DNA from: Octopus vulgaris
Lineage: Eukaryota
Length of the DNA stretch: 64,000 nucleotides
Assembly (NCBI GenBank): GCA_951406725.2
Contig: OX597824.1
Span: forward strand, 22,134,001 to 22,198,000
Direction of reading: 5' to 3'
How positions within the stretch are numbered: the first letter of the stretch is position 1; each line of letters begins with the position of its first letter. Positions 13,387-27,911 of this stretch are shown piece after piece. The translations under genes were made by a program, and so were the position numbers. The notes beneath the pieces are model-generated. The model made no database searches. It saw only the letters and a list, made by a program, of their open reading frames with translations, and had not been told where the DNA came from.

Positions 13387-13592
13387 TATATATTTTTTTC
13401 TAGTTGTATGTCATGTTGAACTGCTGAACACTACACTGTTTTTTTCTCTCTCTCCATTTTTTCCCTCATTCCTTTCTGTTAAAGAGCATAGGCTCAAAAC
13501 ATAAAAGACTTTTTCATTTTTCGTGAGCAACAAACTAATACACCCACTTGTTCCTCCACCTGTCTTTGTCCTTTGCTTTTTCTGTTAATTTG

Positions 13593-13698
<106 letters not shown>

Positions 13699-13710
13699 AC
13701 ATACTTTATC

Positions 13711-13864
13711 AATAAAACTGCAAGACATCACAAAAAACTGTTACTCAGAATTTCACGTTCCCATTCATCGGACAGTTTTGGTTGAGATTCCAACCAAAAC
13801 TGTCCGACGAATGAGAACATGAAACTCAGAGTAACAGTTTTTGTGATGTTTTTACAGCTTTATT
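13711..13864. repeat. Fold-back repeat with a hammerhead-like motif in each arm
   Basis: Arms 13711-13784 and 13791-13864 with a 6-nt spacer. Confidence 0.85.
13796..13841 (+). ncRNA. Minimal type I hammerhead ribozyme-like motif (CCGACGA variant)
   Basis: aaaactgt-CCGACGA-atg agaa cat-GAAA-ctc a ga-GTA-acagtttt: 8-bp helix I, 3-bp helix II, ACTC/GAGT helix III. Confidence 0.65.
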
Positions 13865-14110
13865 AATAAGGCATATTACTCTACCTCTGGTATTCGAGTA
13901 CTATTTTTTCCACCTTGTTTCACATCGATGTGCTTACTCTGGTATATATATATTATATTATATATATATATATATGTACAAAAGTACAAACTGGGACAAG
14001 AACGCAAAACATTTAGAAGGCGATACAAAAAACACGGACAGGACATTCGAAGCCTTCAATCTTCAGTCAAGAACCGGATCATCCTCGCAATTTCGGCTGA
14101 TTAATCTTGA

Positions 14111-14149
<39 letters not shown>

Positions 14150-14237
14150 AAACTTACTTGGAAATGAATGTATGCCATTTAATCATACAATAATATAAAT
14201 AATATATAAATATAAGCATATATAAATATATGCATAT

Positions 14238-14320
<83 letters not shown>

Positions 14321-14344
14321 CCTATATATGTATATATGTATGCA

Positions 14345-14650
14345 TGTATGGATACTGGACATCAAGAAAACGTAGACACAAGGAGAAACAAGAACATAAA
14401 AAACAAAAACATAGAAAATGAACTTTTTTGCACAAGAAAAAAAGCAAACAGAGAAACGAGACATGCAACATAAAGAACATTCCCTTCATCAGTTGTGCCC
14501 TGTTTTATCTACTCTGCATTTTGAAGGTAAGGACAAGATGTGACGTTGTTAAAGCAGTCCTTCCCGCAAAGTAAATTAAATAAAATTTGGGATTTTTTGC
14601 GGAGAGTTAAAGTGGTGAGAAAAATAGGACAGTAAAAGCAAAACAGTAAA
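14345..14650 (-). mobile_element. Short (TA)n-embedded repeat, homologous to 36925-37320
   Basis: Shared cccttcatcag...gaaggtaaggaca...gcagtccttcc segments. Confidence 0.7.
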
Positions 14651-15329
14651 ACGTATGTATATATATATATATATATATTATATTATATTAAATTAGAGAT
14701 AAAACCACTATTAGGCAAATCAAACAGTGAAAAATATAAGCCAATACATAAAATTAATTTAATATAATATAATATAATATATTTATACTATAAAATTGGA
14801 TTTAATCCTAAATCTAATTTTTCCCAGTAAGTTTGGATTTATTCCCTAATATTATTATTATATATATATATATATATATGAATGTATTTATATATGTGTG
14901 TGTATGTATGTATCTATCAATCCAAGCAAGCTCAACCTAATGATGATAATGTATATGTAATATATATGTGTATGTGTGTGAGCCCATCGTGTGTGTATAT
15001 TTGTGTGTGTGAATGTGTGTGTGTATGTGTGCCTGCATGTGTGAGTGTTTGTTTGTGTGTGTCTGTGTCTGTGTGTCTTTATGCTTGTATTTGTCCCCCA
15101 CCACCATTTGACAACTGGTGTTGGCTTGTTTATGTCCCCGTAACTTAGTGGTTCAGCAAAAAGTGACTGATAGAATAAGTAGCAGGCTTAAAAAAAAAGT
15201 AAATAAGCATGTACTAAGGTCAACTAAACCCTTCAAAGCACCGGTCCAACATGGCTACAGTTCAATGATAAAAACAAGTAAAAGAATAAAGGAATAAAAG
15301 AACGAAAGAATAAAAGATTATATTAAGAA

Positions 15330-15725
15330 CTAGCAGTATCGCCCGGCGTTGCTCGGGTTTGTAAGGGAAATAACTATATAAGCATTTTTAGAGATGTAAA
15401 GTATAATAGCCATCTCAATATGGCTAACCACAAAGGGGGTGTGTTACTGTAGCTTTTTACGTTCTGAGATTTAATAATAAGTTTTTAGAGAGTTACTTCC
15501 ATTATATATGCCAAAAATGCATTAAAAATGGGGAAAATTGATGGTAAATTCTTTTTTAAATCGTAGACTCATCGTAGACGTGCGCTAATACCCAGAAGGG
15601 CTCGATATGAATCACGACTATAAGATACCCGGTTTTGGTTAAACTGCACCGCAAAATGTGGGAGTAGTTAGGAATCTAAATCGTAGGAGACAGACAGCAC
15701 ACAACCTCACTTTTATATATAAAGA
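15330..15725 (-). mobile_element. Non-autonomous Helitron
   Basis: Same termini and hairpin as 12993-13386. Confidence 0.85.
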
Positions 15726-15979
15726 TATTACTAGTTGCAACTGAATATATTGCCAAGTACAACAGAAGAATAACATTTGATCAGTTATATGAAATAACTA
15801 GTTACATGCCACAACCTGTGATGTGCTGCTCAATGGTGTGAATATGTATTCTGTTCCATTTCTTACGCTGTGGGTGCATGCTTTATCTTCCCACTTAAAG
15901 ACAACAAACTCATTACACACACACACATGTTGTTATTGCTCCTGCTGCCGCTGCCTTTGCTACAGACCCCTCTCCCGCC

Positions 15980-17613
15980 ATCATTGCTATTTACCATCAT
16001 CACTATTGTTGTGGTCATCGTCATTGTCATCGTCGTTGTCATCATCGTCATCATCATCACTACCACTATCATCATCCTCAACACCATCATTATCATCATC
16101 ATCATCATCATCAGACATCAATACCATCATCATCATCATTATCATGATCAGTGCCATCATCATCATCATCATCATCATCACAGACATCAATACCACCACC
16201 ATCATCATCATCATCATCATCATCACCATCATCATCACCATCACCATCATCATCATCGTCATCATTATCCTGTCCCCATCACCACTATCACCACCTCCAT
16301 CACCACCACCACCACCACCACCACCACCATAACAACAATCACGGTCCTCCTTATCACTACTACCTCCATCTCCATCATTATGGTGAGTTGATGCGGATGC
16401 CTCGACATAACCATTCAACCTGCTAGAAATGACAAACAAATCCACCTCAAAGCAATCCCCACATACCATCTTTTAAAAAGGAAAAAAGAAATAAAGAAAG
16501 AATATTGTCTGAGGATGTAGTCTGAGGTACCCTGTTTGCTCTTTCTATCTTTCACTTGAGTCAGTCATGTGACTGTGGCCATGCTGGGGCACCGCAATGA
16601 AGAATTTTCAGTCAAACGAGCCAACCTCAGTGCTTATGTTTATTTAATCTACCAGTATTTATTCTACTGATCTCTTTTGCTCAGCTGCTGTTATGAGGAT
16701 GTAAACACACCAACACCGGTTGCCAAGCAGTGGTGAGTGACAAATACTGACACAAAGACACATAGATATAAATATACACGATGGGCTTCCTCCAGTTTCC
16801 TTCTTTCAAATCCACTCACAAGGCTTTGGTCGGCCCGAAGTTACAGAAGACACTCGCCCAAGGTGCCATGCAGTGGGAATGAACCAGGAACCATGGGGGT
16901 CGAGAAGCAAACTTTTTAGCACACAGTCAGAAGCTTGCATCCGAATCACATGGTTCCAGGTTCAGTCCCGCTGCCTGGCACAGTGATTGTTTCAGTTTCA
17001 CAGATGTTTGGTCTTAGCTTGAATACTTTTGATCATAAGACCTGTACCTGTTTGATAAGAGTTAGCCATCATCATCATCATCATCATCATCATGACAGAC
17101 ATCAATACCATCATCATCATCATCATCATCATCATCTTCGTAAGTAGCAGCACATCAGTTATTAGCAGTTACTAAACTTATGAATCATTAATTCAAAGTT
17201 GGTCTAAATTCCCGCAGGAAATAAATTGCACACGAGCTGAATATCTAGTCAGTTAGTGATTAAGAAGTATTGGCTGATTACTCTGACACCAGAGGTCATG
17301 GGTTCAAATTCTATGTCAAGTCTAACTGACTTGTACTTAAAGCAATTCTCTTTCATAAAATGCAAAAGAATTTAGAAGACAGATGGAAATGTCTATGTTT
17401 TTCTTAATCAGTTGCCATATCCACCATTGCCATCGTCATGTCCATCACCACCACCACCACCACCACCACAGCAACCATCCCCACCATCATCATCATTATT
17501 ATCATCGCCATCGTCGTCATCATCATCATCATCATCATCATTGTCGTCGTCGTCGTCGTCATCATCATCATCATCATCATCATCATCACCACCACCACAG
17601 CAACCATCCCCAC

Positions 17614-17651
<38 letters not shown>

Positions 17652-17696
17652 GCATCATCATCGTCATCATTGTCATCATCATCATCATCGTCATCG

Positions 17697-17731
<35 letters not shown>

Positions 17732-18028
17732 GTCATCATCATCATCGTCATCATCATCATCATCGTCATCATCATCATCATCGTCATCATCATCATCATC
17801 ATCATTGCCTTTCTCATCATTATTTATCATTATCAGCTTTGTCTTTTGTCATTTACACCGCCACCATCATCATCATCATTGCTAGTATGACTGCCACCAC
17901 CATGATTATCATCATCATCATTGTCATCATCATTCCTGCCGTCATTATCATCCCTGTCATCATCATCACTGTTGCCCTCTCTATAACATTATTTATTATC
18001 ACTGTCATCCTCATCATCATCATCATTG

Positions 18029-18059
<31 letters not shown>

Positions 18060-18061
18060 TG

Positions 18062-18101
<40 letters not shown>

Positions 18102-18110
18102 TATCATTAG
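15980..18110. repeat. Degenerate (CAT/CAC/CGT)n trinucleotide fields with an old family A SINE (16545-16925)
   Basis: Direct reading; source of the poly-H/S/I/D/M pseudo-ORFs. Confidence 0.9.
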
Positions 18111-18653
18111 TAACATTGTTCAGTATTCTTCAAATCACACGTTATCAAATTTTAAGAAAAAAAGAGAATGACACATTCGTTATTATACTCCTGAAAGCAA
18201 TATGTCTGAATGAAAGAGATGAGATGGCCACAGATGGAGCATATCTGATCATAAGTCTACTCTATCAGGGCTGAAATGGATACAAAACAACAACAACAAC
18301 AACAATCAGATATATAATTGCCATGTACGTGGGTGTGCAGACGCACATGTGTAGGTATAGACATGCACGCTTACACGAATACTATGAACTTTTTTACCCC
18401 CTTACTTTTACTCCCACCCCTCACTTAACGGTCATTCAAATAGCTCTTTGGTCTTAATAATGGTCAATCACACAGTAATTTCCATTTGTGTAATGGTCAT
18501 TTTCATAGCATTTTTTTTCCATGGCCAGATAACTGAAGAGATGGTGACGTGGATTTCCACCTCGGCATCCAAAACTCAGAGTTTTATCGTGGCTACCGAA
18601 TAACTGTCACATATTAGTTTTACAGGTATATATATATATATATATATATATAT

Positions 18654-19736
18654 CAGGTCATCCCATAAGGTCTGTCCGAATTTTGAATAAAGAAAACAAA
18701 TGATCAAATATATTTAATTGAAATTTAATCATCAATGTACTTTCCCTGATTATCTATGACTTCCTTCCATCTATCTACAAGCTTTTTAATCCCCTCAATG
18801 TAAAACTCTTTTTGCTTCAAAGCAAAGAACTCTGAAATGGGGTCCCACATTGTCCTGATGAAACATCACTTCTTTTTGATTCTCTAAAGTGGGTCTTTTT
18901 TCTTCAAAGCTTGGTTCAAACACTCTAATTGCTGACAGTAGACTTGATCATTGATTGTTGCATTAGTTGGTAACATTTCAAAGTGAATTACTCTTTTGCA
19001 ATCCCACCAGATAGAGAGAACCTTTTTCCCATGAAGTTCCCTTCTCAGTTGTGGTTGAGCTTTTTCCCTTTTACCAAGCCACTGTTTATGATGATAGAAG
19101 ATCCACTTTTTTGTCACCAGTCACAAGTCTATCCAAAAAGGGTGAAATGAGTTCGCAAGAATGGAGAGAAGAGCAGATGTCAACTTGGGATTTTTGGTTG
19201 CTTTTGGACAATTCATGAGGCACCCATTTTCCAAGTTTAGGAACCTTTTCAAGTTGTTGAAGATGACGATGAACAGTTGTATGGTTTGAACTAAGCTTTA
19301 TTGCCAATTCTTCAACTGATAATGCCGGATTTTCTTCAAGTAATGCCTCAAGGAACTTGTCAAACTCAACTGGACGTCTTGTTTGATCTTTATCTTCAAA
19401 TCGCCACTTCTGAATTTTGCAAACCATCTTCTGCAAGTTCTTTCATTCAGGCATTCTTTCCCATAAACTGAGTGTATGTTTCAAGTTGCTTCGGCTGCAG
19501 AGTTTCCTTTTTTGTACTCATAAAGCATTATGTGCCTTAAATGCTCTTTGGATACTTTTATGTTAGAAAGAGTTTTAATCAAAGAAATTTTAATTCTATT
19601 ATTCTGTAAAATAATATTTAATTAGTTTAAATGTACACAAATGCATAAAAATAATTTCATATTCCATTAGACATTCTAAAATACTAATAAATTTCATACA
19701 ATTTTAAAAAAGGTAAAATCAGACAGAGCTTATGGC
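18654..19736 (-). mobile_element. Mariner transposon relic (transposase pseudogene)
   Basis: KEHLRHIMLYEYKKGNSAAEAT*...RRWFAKF, WVPHEL, LVTGD(E)KWI, HQDNVGPH, then a deletion to EGIKKLVDRWKEVIDNQGKYIDD*. TIR caggtcatcccataaggtctgtccga lies next to (TA)n; the other TIR (tcagacagagcttatgg) is clipped by a family D fragment. Confidence 0.93.
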
Positions 19737-19880
19737 ATTAGGAAGGGCATCCAGCCGTAGAAACACTGCCAGATCAGACTGGACCTGATGCAGCCTTCTG
19801 GCTTCACAGACCCCAGTTGAACCGTCCAACCCATGCTAGCATGGAAAGCAGACGCTAAATGATGATGATGATGATGATGA
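19735..19880 (+). mobile_element. RTE 3' UTR fragment (family D)
   Basis: Family D terminus with (gat)n tail. Confidence 0.85.
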
Positions 19881-20619
19881 TATATATATCTTTCTTTCTT
19901 GGCTCGACAGCCAGACACAAAGCATCTCTTATTCCTGTCTCCGGACTTTCATCTCTGATGTTTGTCTATATTTCTGCCTCAAGGCTTTCACTCCAGCTCA
20001 ACTTGATTTGTCTCTATCAGTTGAAAGACACCTGTTGCTATTTTCTTGTTGTTTGTATTTGTAACTGAGTAACATTTTCTCCGGTTTTTTTCTTTCTTTT
20101 TTTTTTGTCTTTGTTGTTATACACATTCACTTGATTTCTCCCAAAAATATTTAATGCTCTTTGCTTAGATTTTTGAGGCCAGCCAGATTTGAACATTCTC
20201 AAGTGTAACCAGCTGAAACTGTAAGGATAATCTGGAAACTTGACTGAGGAGTAAAAGCCATAAATGACCTGTCCTGATTTTGTCCCATCTGTCTTTTTGT
20301 TGTTTTTCCTATCCGTCTTCATATTGTGTACCTATCCAGATGTTTTATTGTTGTCTGTTGCATTCTTGTTCCATTTTTGGGATTTATATTTTCATATAGC
20401 GGCATACATACACTTTTTCTCACAGAGTAACTGCTGCATTTGTTGAGTAAACAGTTTGGCTGCTTGTTTCTCAGGGAATCGTCAAAATGATGTGGACACC
20501 TCTGATGAGAACCCAATAAGGTTTGAAAATCATTCAAGGTTGTTCATCATTTTTCAATCTGCAAAGAAATGGCTAAAATTTGCCCTGTTTATAATTATAC
20601 TATATATTACATATATCTA

Positions 20620-21000
20620 AAAGGCACCATTCGAGTGTGACCATAACCAGAGTTGCCTTACTGGCACTTGTGCCCGTGCTAGTAGGGTGCCAAGAGCACC
20701 ATTCGAGCATGATCGTTAACAGCATTGCCTTACTGGCACCTGTGCCGGTGGCATGTGTAAAAAGATTCAAGTGAGGTCGTTGCCAGTACCGCCTGACTGG
20801 CCCCTATGCCGGTGGCACGTAAGAAGCACCCACTACACTCTCGGAGTGGTTGGCTTTAGGAAGGGCATCCAGCTGTAGAAACACTGCCAGATCAGACTGG
20901 AGCCTGGTGCAGCCTCCTGGCTTCCCAGACCCCGGTCGAACCGTCCAACCCATGCTAGCATGGAAAGCGGCCGTTAGACAATGATGATCATGATGATGAT
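20620..21000 (+). mobile_element. RTE 3' UTR fragment (family D)
   Basis: Internal ~60-bp tandem units plus the family D terminus. Confidence 0.85.
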
Positions 21001-21558
21001 GGAGTGTACAGTATTATAGATCCATTATGGCTGATCTTACCAATCAGTTTCACACTAGGGGTTTGATGGAGTTTTAGGTAACAATCTGATAATGGTAATA
21101 TATGTGTATGTATGTATTTTCTAGAAGACAAGTCGAATTCTTCAGACCAAAATTTACAAGCAAAAAGGATAGGTCAACTTATACATCAGCCAAAATGGCT
21201 TTAGAGGACCAAAAACTCACAAGTGAATACAGTAGGATTTGCATCGGTAGAAATGATGCTTGAATATTTACTCTAACATGTTTATACTATATACTATGGT
21301 CGACTTGTATGCCAGGAAACATGGTTATGTATATATATACACACAGATACACACATTTACACGTAAACACATATATTTAAATATAATTACTGAGAGATGC
21401 CATCAAAGTGAAAGGAAAAAAAAATTTTTTATTTGTCGCTTGTCAAAGTCTAATACTGTTTTTACCTCACCGTATATTTATTTCTGGTGAGCATTTTAAT
21501 TTGCAATCATTAAGAAATACATACATACATACATACAGACAGACAGACAAACAGACAA

Positions 21559-21589
<31 letters not shown>

Positions 21590-21810
21590 CATACACACAC
21601 ATACATATATATGTATGTATTCATTCATTCTTTTACTTGTTAGTCATTTAGTTGCATCCATTCTTAAGCACCACCTTATGTATACACACACGTGTATATA
21701 TATAATGTATATATATATATATATATATATACAAATACATACACAGACTCATATATATACATTCACACACACACATATACATACATACATTTACATAGTA
21801 TATATACTTT

Positions 21811-21846
<36 letters not shown>

Positions 21847-21914
21847 CATACATATATATATATATATATGTATATGTATGTATTTATGTATGTATGTTAA
21901 TGAGTGTGTGTGTA

Positions 21915-21993
<79 letters not shown>

Positions 21994-22274
21994 AATATAT
22001 GTATGTATGTTTGCATGTGTGTTTACACACACATGCATACACACACACATAATTTGAAGTTAAATGCTAAAATATGCCACCTTTCAAATTCCATTTAAAC
22101 TGTCTGTCTGTCTGTCTCTCTTTCTCCCCCTCAGCTTACTTGCTCCCCCTCCAACCCCATTTATTCATGTATGTAACTAGTTATCTCTTTCCTTATCAGT
22201 CTGTGTATATACACACATGCTATTCCATAAGCATTGCTTGGTGGTACTTCAAAGTCACAGTCAGACTTTAGTAA

Positions 22275-22388
<114 letters not shown>

Positions 22389-22529
22389 CATATATATATA
22401 TACATACATATATATATATATATATACGTATATACATATATATATACATATATATATATACACATATATATATATAGATACATATATATATATTTATATA
22501 CATATATATATACATATACATACATATAC

Positions 22530-22560
<31 letters not shown>

Positions 22561-22561
22561 C

Positions 22562-22592
<31 letters not shown>

Positions 22593-23087
22593 AATATATA
22601 TAGATATAGATATAGATATAGATATAGATATATATGTACTTATGCATGTATGTATGTATGCATGCATATATCTGTCTGTATGTATTCATGTATCGTATAT
22701 ATGTTTGTGTATGTGTGTACCTATGTATCAATCTCCCTATACAGATATACAATATCTCAGAGTAATTCTTCACACAAAACAAGATTTTACAAACGGCAGA
22801 ATCTCTTATCGTTTTACATCTCATGGGAAATTTTCAATAACCAACAAAACAGTGTACAGCAATGACATTTATTCAGATATGTTTTCAAAGACATAAATCT
22901 TTTAGATATATTATACTTCTGAAAATAAAGTCAACAATAATTAAATTGTATCTGAGTAGTCGTAGGCCTTATACTTAAACGGTATGGAGATTCTTCAGAA
23001 CGGTTGGTCATACCATTATTATTATATAATACATAGACAACTTCCCCGAATACCAGAAATAAGTATTATTTTTATAGATCAACTACA

Positions 23088-23088
23088 T

Positions 23089-23164
<76 letters not shown>

Positions 23165-23166
23165 AC

Positions 23167-23214
<48 letters not shown>

Positions 23215-23303
23215 TGTTACATATAACTACTACTGTTATTATTATTATTATTATTATTATCATTATTACTATTACTGTTATTATTATTATTATTATTATT
23301 GTT

Positions 23304-23351
<48 letters not shown>

Positions 23352-23357
23352 GTTATT

Positions 23358-23388
<31 letters not shown>

Positions 23389-23555
23389 CTGTTATTATTA
23401 TTATTATCATTATTACTATTACTGTTACTATTATTATTACTATTATTATTATTATTATTACTATTACTATTACTATTACTGTTATTATTGTTATTATTGT
23501 TATTATTATTATTATTATAATTATTATTATTAAGTAGTAGTAGTAGTAGTAGTAG
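23088..23555. repeat. (TAC)n(TGC)n(TAT)n compound microsatellite
   Basis: Direct reading. Confidence 0.95.
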
Positions 23556-23660
23556 TGTGCTATTAAAGAATGATAATTCTGGTGATAACTTTCTGTTCTG
23601 TGTGGTTTTAATCAAATACTAGGAAGGTCACTGCTCTAGAATGCAGATTCTGCGTGTGTG

Positions 23661-23698
<38 letters not shown>

Positions 23699-23779
23699 TG
23701 TGTGTATGTTTGTGTGTGTCTGTGTGTGTGTGTGCATCTCAGTCTATCTCTCTTTCTATCATTTTTATGCATGCATATA

Positions 23780-24009
23780 TATTTCTTTACTATCCACAAG
23801 GGGCTAAACATAGAGGGGACAAACAAGGACAGACAAAGGGATTAAGTTGATTACATCGACCCCAGTGCGAAACTGGTACTTCATTTATCGACCCCGATGG
23901 ATGAAAGGCAAAGTCGACCTCGGCGAAATTTGAACTCAGAACGTAACGACAGACGAAATACTGCTAAGCATTTCGCCCAGCGCACTAACGTTTCTGCCAG
24001 CTCACCGCC
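23780..24009 (-). mobile_element. SINE family C
   Basis: Full reverse copy flanked by tttatgcat-like duplicates. Confidence 0.88.
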
Positions 24010-24115
24010 TTTATGCATACATATATATGAATAGATATGTGTGTGTACAAACACATGCACATACACACACACACAAATACATGCACACATGCACATGCAC
24101 ACATGAATATATTTT

Positions 24116-24160
<45 letters not shown>

Positions 24161-24243
24161 TCATCATCATCATCATCATCGTTTAACGTCCGCTTTCCAT
24201 GCTAGCATGGAATCAAAATAAGCAACAAGGATATCCAGAGGTA

Positions 24244-24332
24244 ATGCAATACGATCGTTTCATGCGACTCCATTTAATTGAACAATGCAATCATTAAATC
24301 AATTTAAAATGTAGAGCAATCTTCAGCTGCAT
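24244..24332 (-). ncRNA. Type I hammerhead ribozyme motif with palindromic helix III
   Basis: Minus strand: atgcag-CTGAAGA-ttgc(long hairpin)gcat-GAAA-cgatc-GTA-ttgcat. Canonical core boxes, 6-bp helix I, ACGATCGT palindrome. Confidence 0.75.
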
Positions 24333-24477
24333 AAAAATATAGAATTTAGTTAAATTTGAAGGACTTATTTGTATAATTTTATCCAAAATTATTATCTTAT
24401 AATTATAAAATTATACAAATGAGTCCTTCAAATTTAACTAAATTCTATATTTTTATGCAGCTGAAGATTGCTCTACA
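24310..24477. repeat. 73-bp inverted repeat with 22-nt spacer
   Basis: Arms 24310-24382 and 24405-24477; one mismatch seen. Confidence 0.9.
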
Positions 24478-24597
24478 CATAAAAATTTGTTGTACACATT
24501 TCCTCTGCCTACATATGCATATATGTATACACATAGATGTAAGTATGTACATATACGTATGTATATATGCATATATATATATGTTATTCAGTTATAA

Positions 24598-24631
<34 letters not shown>

Positions 24632-24842
24632 GTATGTTTGTATGTATGTATATATATATATATGTATCTATCTATGTTAGGAAGGGCATCCAGCTGTAGA
24701 AACACTGCTAGATCAGATTGGGGCCTGGTGCAACCTCCTGGCTTCCCAGACCCCAGTCGAACCATCCAACCCATGCCAGCATGGAAAACAGACGTTAAAC
24801 GATGATGATGATGATGATGATGATGATATGTATGTATGTATG

Positions 24843-24885
<43 letters not shown>

Positions 24886-24925
24886 TATATATATATTATA
24901 TATACATATATATATATATATATAT

Positions 24926-24992
<67 letters not shown>

Positions 24993-25011
24993 AGGTGTAT
25001 ATGTATAGGTA

Positions 25012-25055
<44 letters not shown>

Positions 25056-26759
25056 TACCTATACATATACACATACACATACTAATTCACTAGCATCACT
25101 GCTTATGGTGTGAAATATGTAGAAGCCTTCTTTTTTAGTTCGTTAAATAGAAATTACTAATTTTGAGGGCCGAAAAAAATGAAATAAAGAAAATTCGCAA
25201 AATATAATGATCATTAGCGAAGACGTAACAGTTAAAAAGTTTTGGACTTCTTTTCTTTTGGAATAATAACAAAAAAAAAATTCTTATTTTTTGAAAAATT
25301 TGATCTTGTAATCTACACTTTTAAACTGTATCCCTAAGAAATCTCGTGAAAAAAAAAAATTTTTGAGGAAATTTATGAGAAAATGAAGTGATCTTGTGAT
25401 TGTGTGTGTGTTTCCATGACTGTGTTTTCATGTGTTTGTGTGTGTATGTGTGTGTGTCTGTGTGCATGCCTGTGTATATATGCATATGTGTTTTCTTGTG
25501 TGTGTGTGTGTGTGTGGGTACATATATATGCAAGTATGTGTTTGAGTGTGTGCAAGCGAATGCCTCTGTTTGTGTGTGTATGTGTGTGTGTGTGCATGTA
25601 TGTGTCTGAGAGAAAGAGAGACAGAGAGAGAAAGAGAGAGGGAAAGTGTGTATGTGTAATCGTGTGTGAGTAGGTCCATGTATGTGCATGTATGTGAGTG
25701 TGTGAATGTATTTGGCTGTGTGTGTGTGAATGTGCTTGAGTGCGTATATGTGTGTGTGATATATGTATATGTGTATATATGTATATGTGTGTGTGATATT
25801 TGTATGTATGTATATGTGTATGTGATAAGCATTTGTATATGTGTCTGTGTATGCCTGAATGAGTGTGTATGTATGTATGTGTCTGTGTGAATATGTGTGT
25901 GTGTGTGCGCGCATTAGTGTGTGTGTATATGCATGCATGCACATGTGTGTGTGTATGCATGTGAGTAAATGTATGTATCTATGAGTGTGTTTTGATGTGA
26001 ATGTGTATATATACACATGTCTGTATGTGTGTATGTATGTATGTATATGTCTGCATGTGGGTGTTTATGTGTGTGTGTGCATGTGTGAGTGTGTGTCTCT
26101 GTTTGTGTGTGTGCATGTGGTGTGCATGTTTATGTGTGTGCATGTGGTGTGCATGTGTGTGTGTGCATGTGTGAGTGTGTGTCTCTGTTTGTGTGTGTGC
26201 ATGTGGTGTGCATGTTTGTGTGTGTGTGTGTGTGGTGTGCATATTTGTGTGTGTGTGTGTGCATGTGAGTATGTGTTTGTGTGTGTGTTTGTGTGTGTGT
26301 TTGTGCTTGTGTGTGCATGTGTGTATGCATGTGTGTGTGTGTGTGGTGTCTGGACCAATCTATATTTATGCTTGAAAACGTATTTCTACCAAAAATTCTC
26401 ATCATCATCATCGTTTAACGTCCGCTTTCCATGCTAGCATGGGTTGGACGGTTCAACTGGGGTCTGGGAAGCCCGAAGGCTGCACCAGGCCAGTCAGATG
26501 TGGCAGTGTTTCTACAGCTGGATGCCCTTCCTAACGCCAACCACTCCGAGAGTGTATATCTGCATGCATAATTATGAAAGTCATGAGGAAACAAAGTCCA
26601 GGTCAATCATAATAATGGCGGTGATGGGAGTGAGTTAGGTTCACTAAGCTTTAGATTTGACATCTATATCTATGCATAAATAAGCATTGCCTGTTTACCA
26701 AATACATAGATTGAGGTATTTATTTTTGGGTTTTTTTTTGCTTATTTTTGTCTTTTTAT

Positions 26760-27545
26760 TCTTTTACTCTTTTACTTGTTTCAGTCATTTGACTGTGGCC
26801 ATGCTGGAGCACCGCCTTTAGTCGAGCAAATCGCCCCCCCAGGACTTATTCTTTGTAAGCTTAGTACTTATTCTATCGGGTCTCTTTTGCTGAGCCGCTA
26901 AGTTATGGGGACATAAACACACCAGCAATGTTGGGGGGACAAATACAGACACACATACACATACACACATACATACATGTATACATATATACGACAGGCT
27001 TCTTTCAGTTTCTGTCTATCAAATCCACTCACAAAGCTTTGCCTGAGGCTATAGTAGTAGACATTTGCCCAAGGTGCCACGCAGTGGGACTGAACCCGGA
27101 ACCATGTGGTTCGTAAGCAAGCTACTTACCACACAGCCTATTTATTTTTGTATTTTTTTGCTTATTTTTGCCATGCTGGAGCACCGCCTTTAGTCGAGCA
27201 AATCGCGCCCAGGACTTATTCTTTGTAAGCTTAGTACTTATTCTATCGGGTCTCTTTTGCTGAGCCGCTAAGTTATGGGGACATAAACACACCAGCAATG
27301 ATGGGGGGGGGGACAAATACAGACACACAAACACATACACACACATATATATATATATACATATACATATATACGACAGGCTTCTTTCAGTTTCTGTCTA
27401 CCAAATCTACTCACAAAGCTTTGCCTGAGGCTATAGTAGAAGACATTTGCCTGAAGTGATAGTAGTAGACATTTGCTCAAGGTGCCACGCAGTGGGACTG
27501 AACCCGGAACCATATAGTTCGTAAGCAAGCTACTTACCACACAGC
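26760..27545 (-). mobile_element. Tandem duplication of a family A SINE plus flank
   Basis: Both copies share the same private deletions and the flank cacagcctatttatttttgt. Confidence 0.85.
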
Positions 27546-27879
27546 CTATTTATTTTTGTCGATTTATTCTTGTATTTATTATACTTATGTTTTTAGTTAC
27601 GCTCAGATCACTTAATTCATTTCAAAGGTTTCAGACTTAAACTTTTAGAGTCAAGGAGACAGTCTAATTCCTAATGATGTGTTCATCGAGATCGAGATGA
27701 TAAAACACATCCACAAACATACATTCACACATACACACATACCAGAACTCATGCACACACACACACACACACATCAGGATTCATACACATACACACATGC
27801 ACACAGACGTGCACAAACACCAGAACTCATACATGTTTAAACACACACACACAGACATATACACAGTTACATACACATG

Positions 27880-27911
<32 letters not shown>

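Noticed and set aside
15823-18274. Poly-His/Ser/Asp/Ile/Met ORFs
   Set aside because: Trinucleotide microsatellites open in most frames.
20038-20558. Possible exon after a good acceptor (ttctttgcag) on the minus strand
   Set aside because: All three frames stop within a few codons, and the downstream ORFs are unrecognisable.
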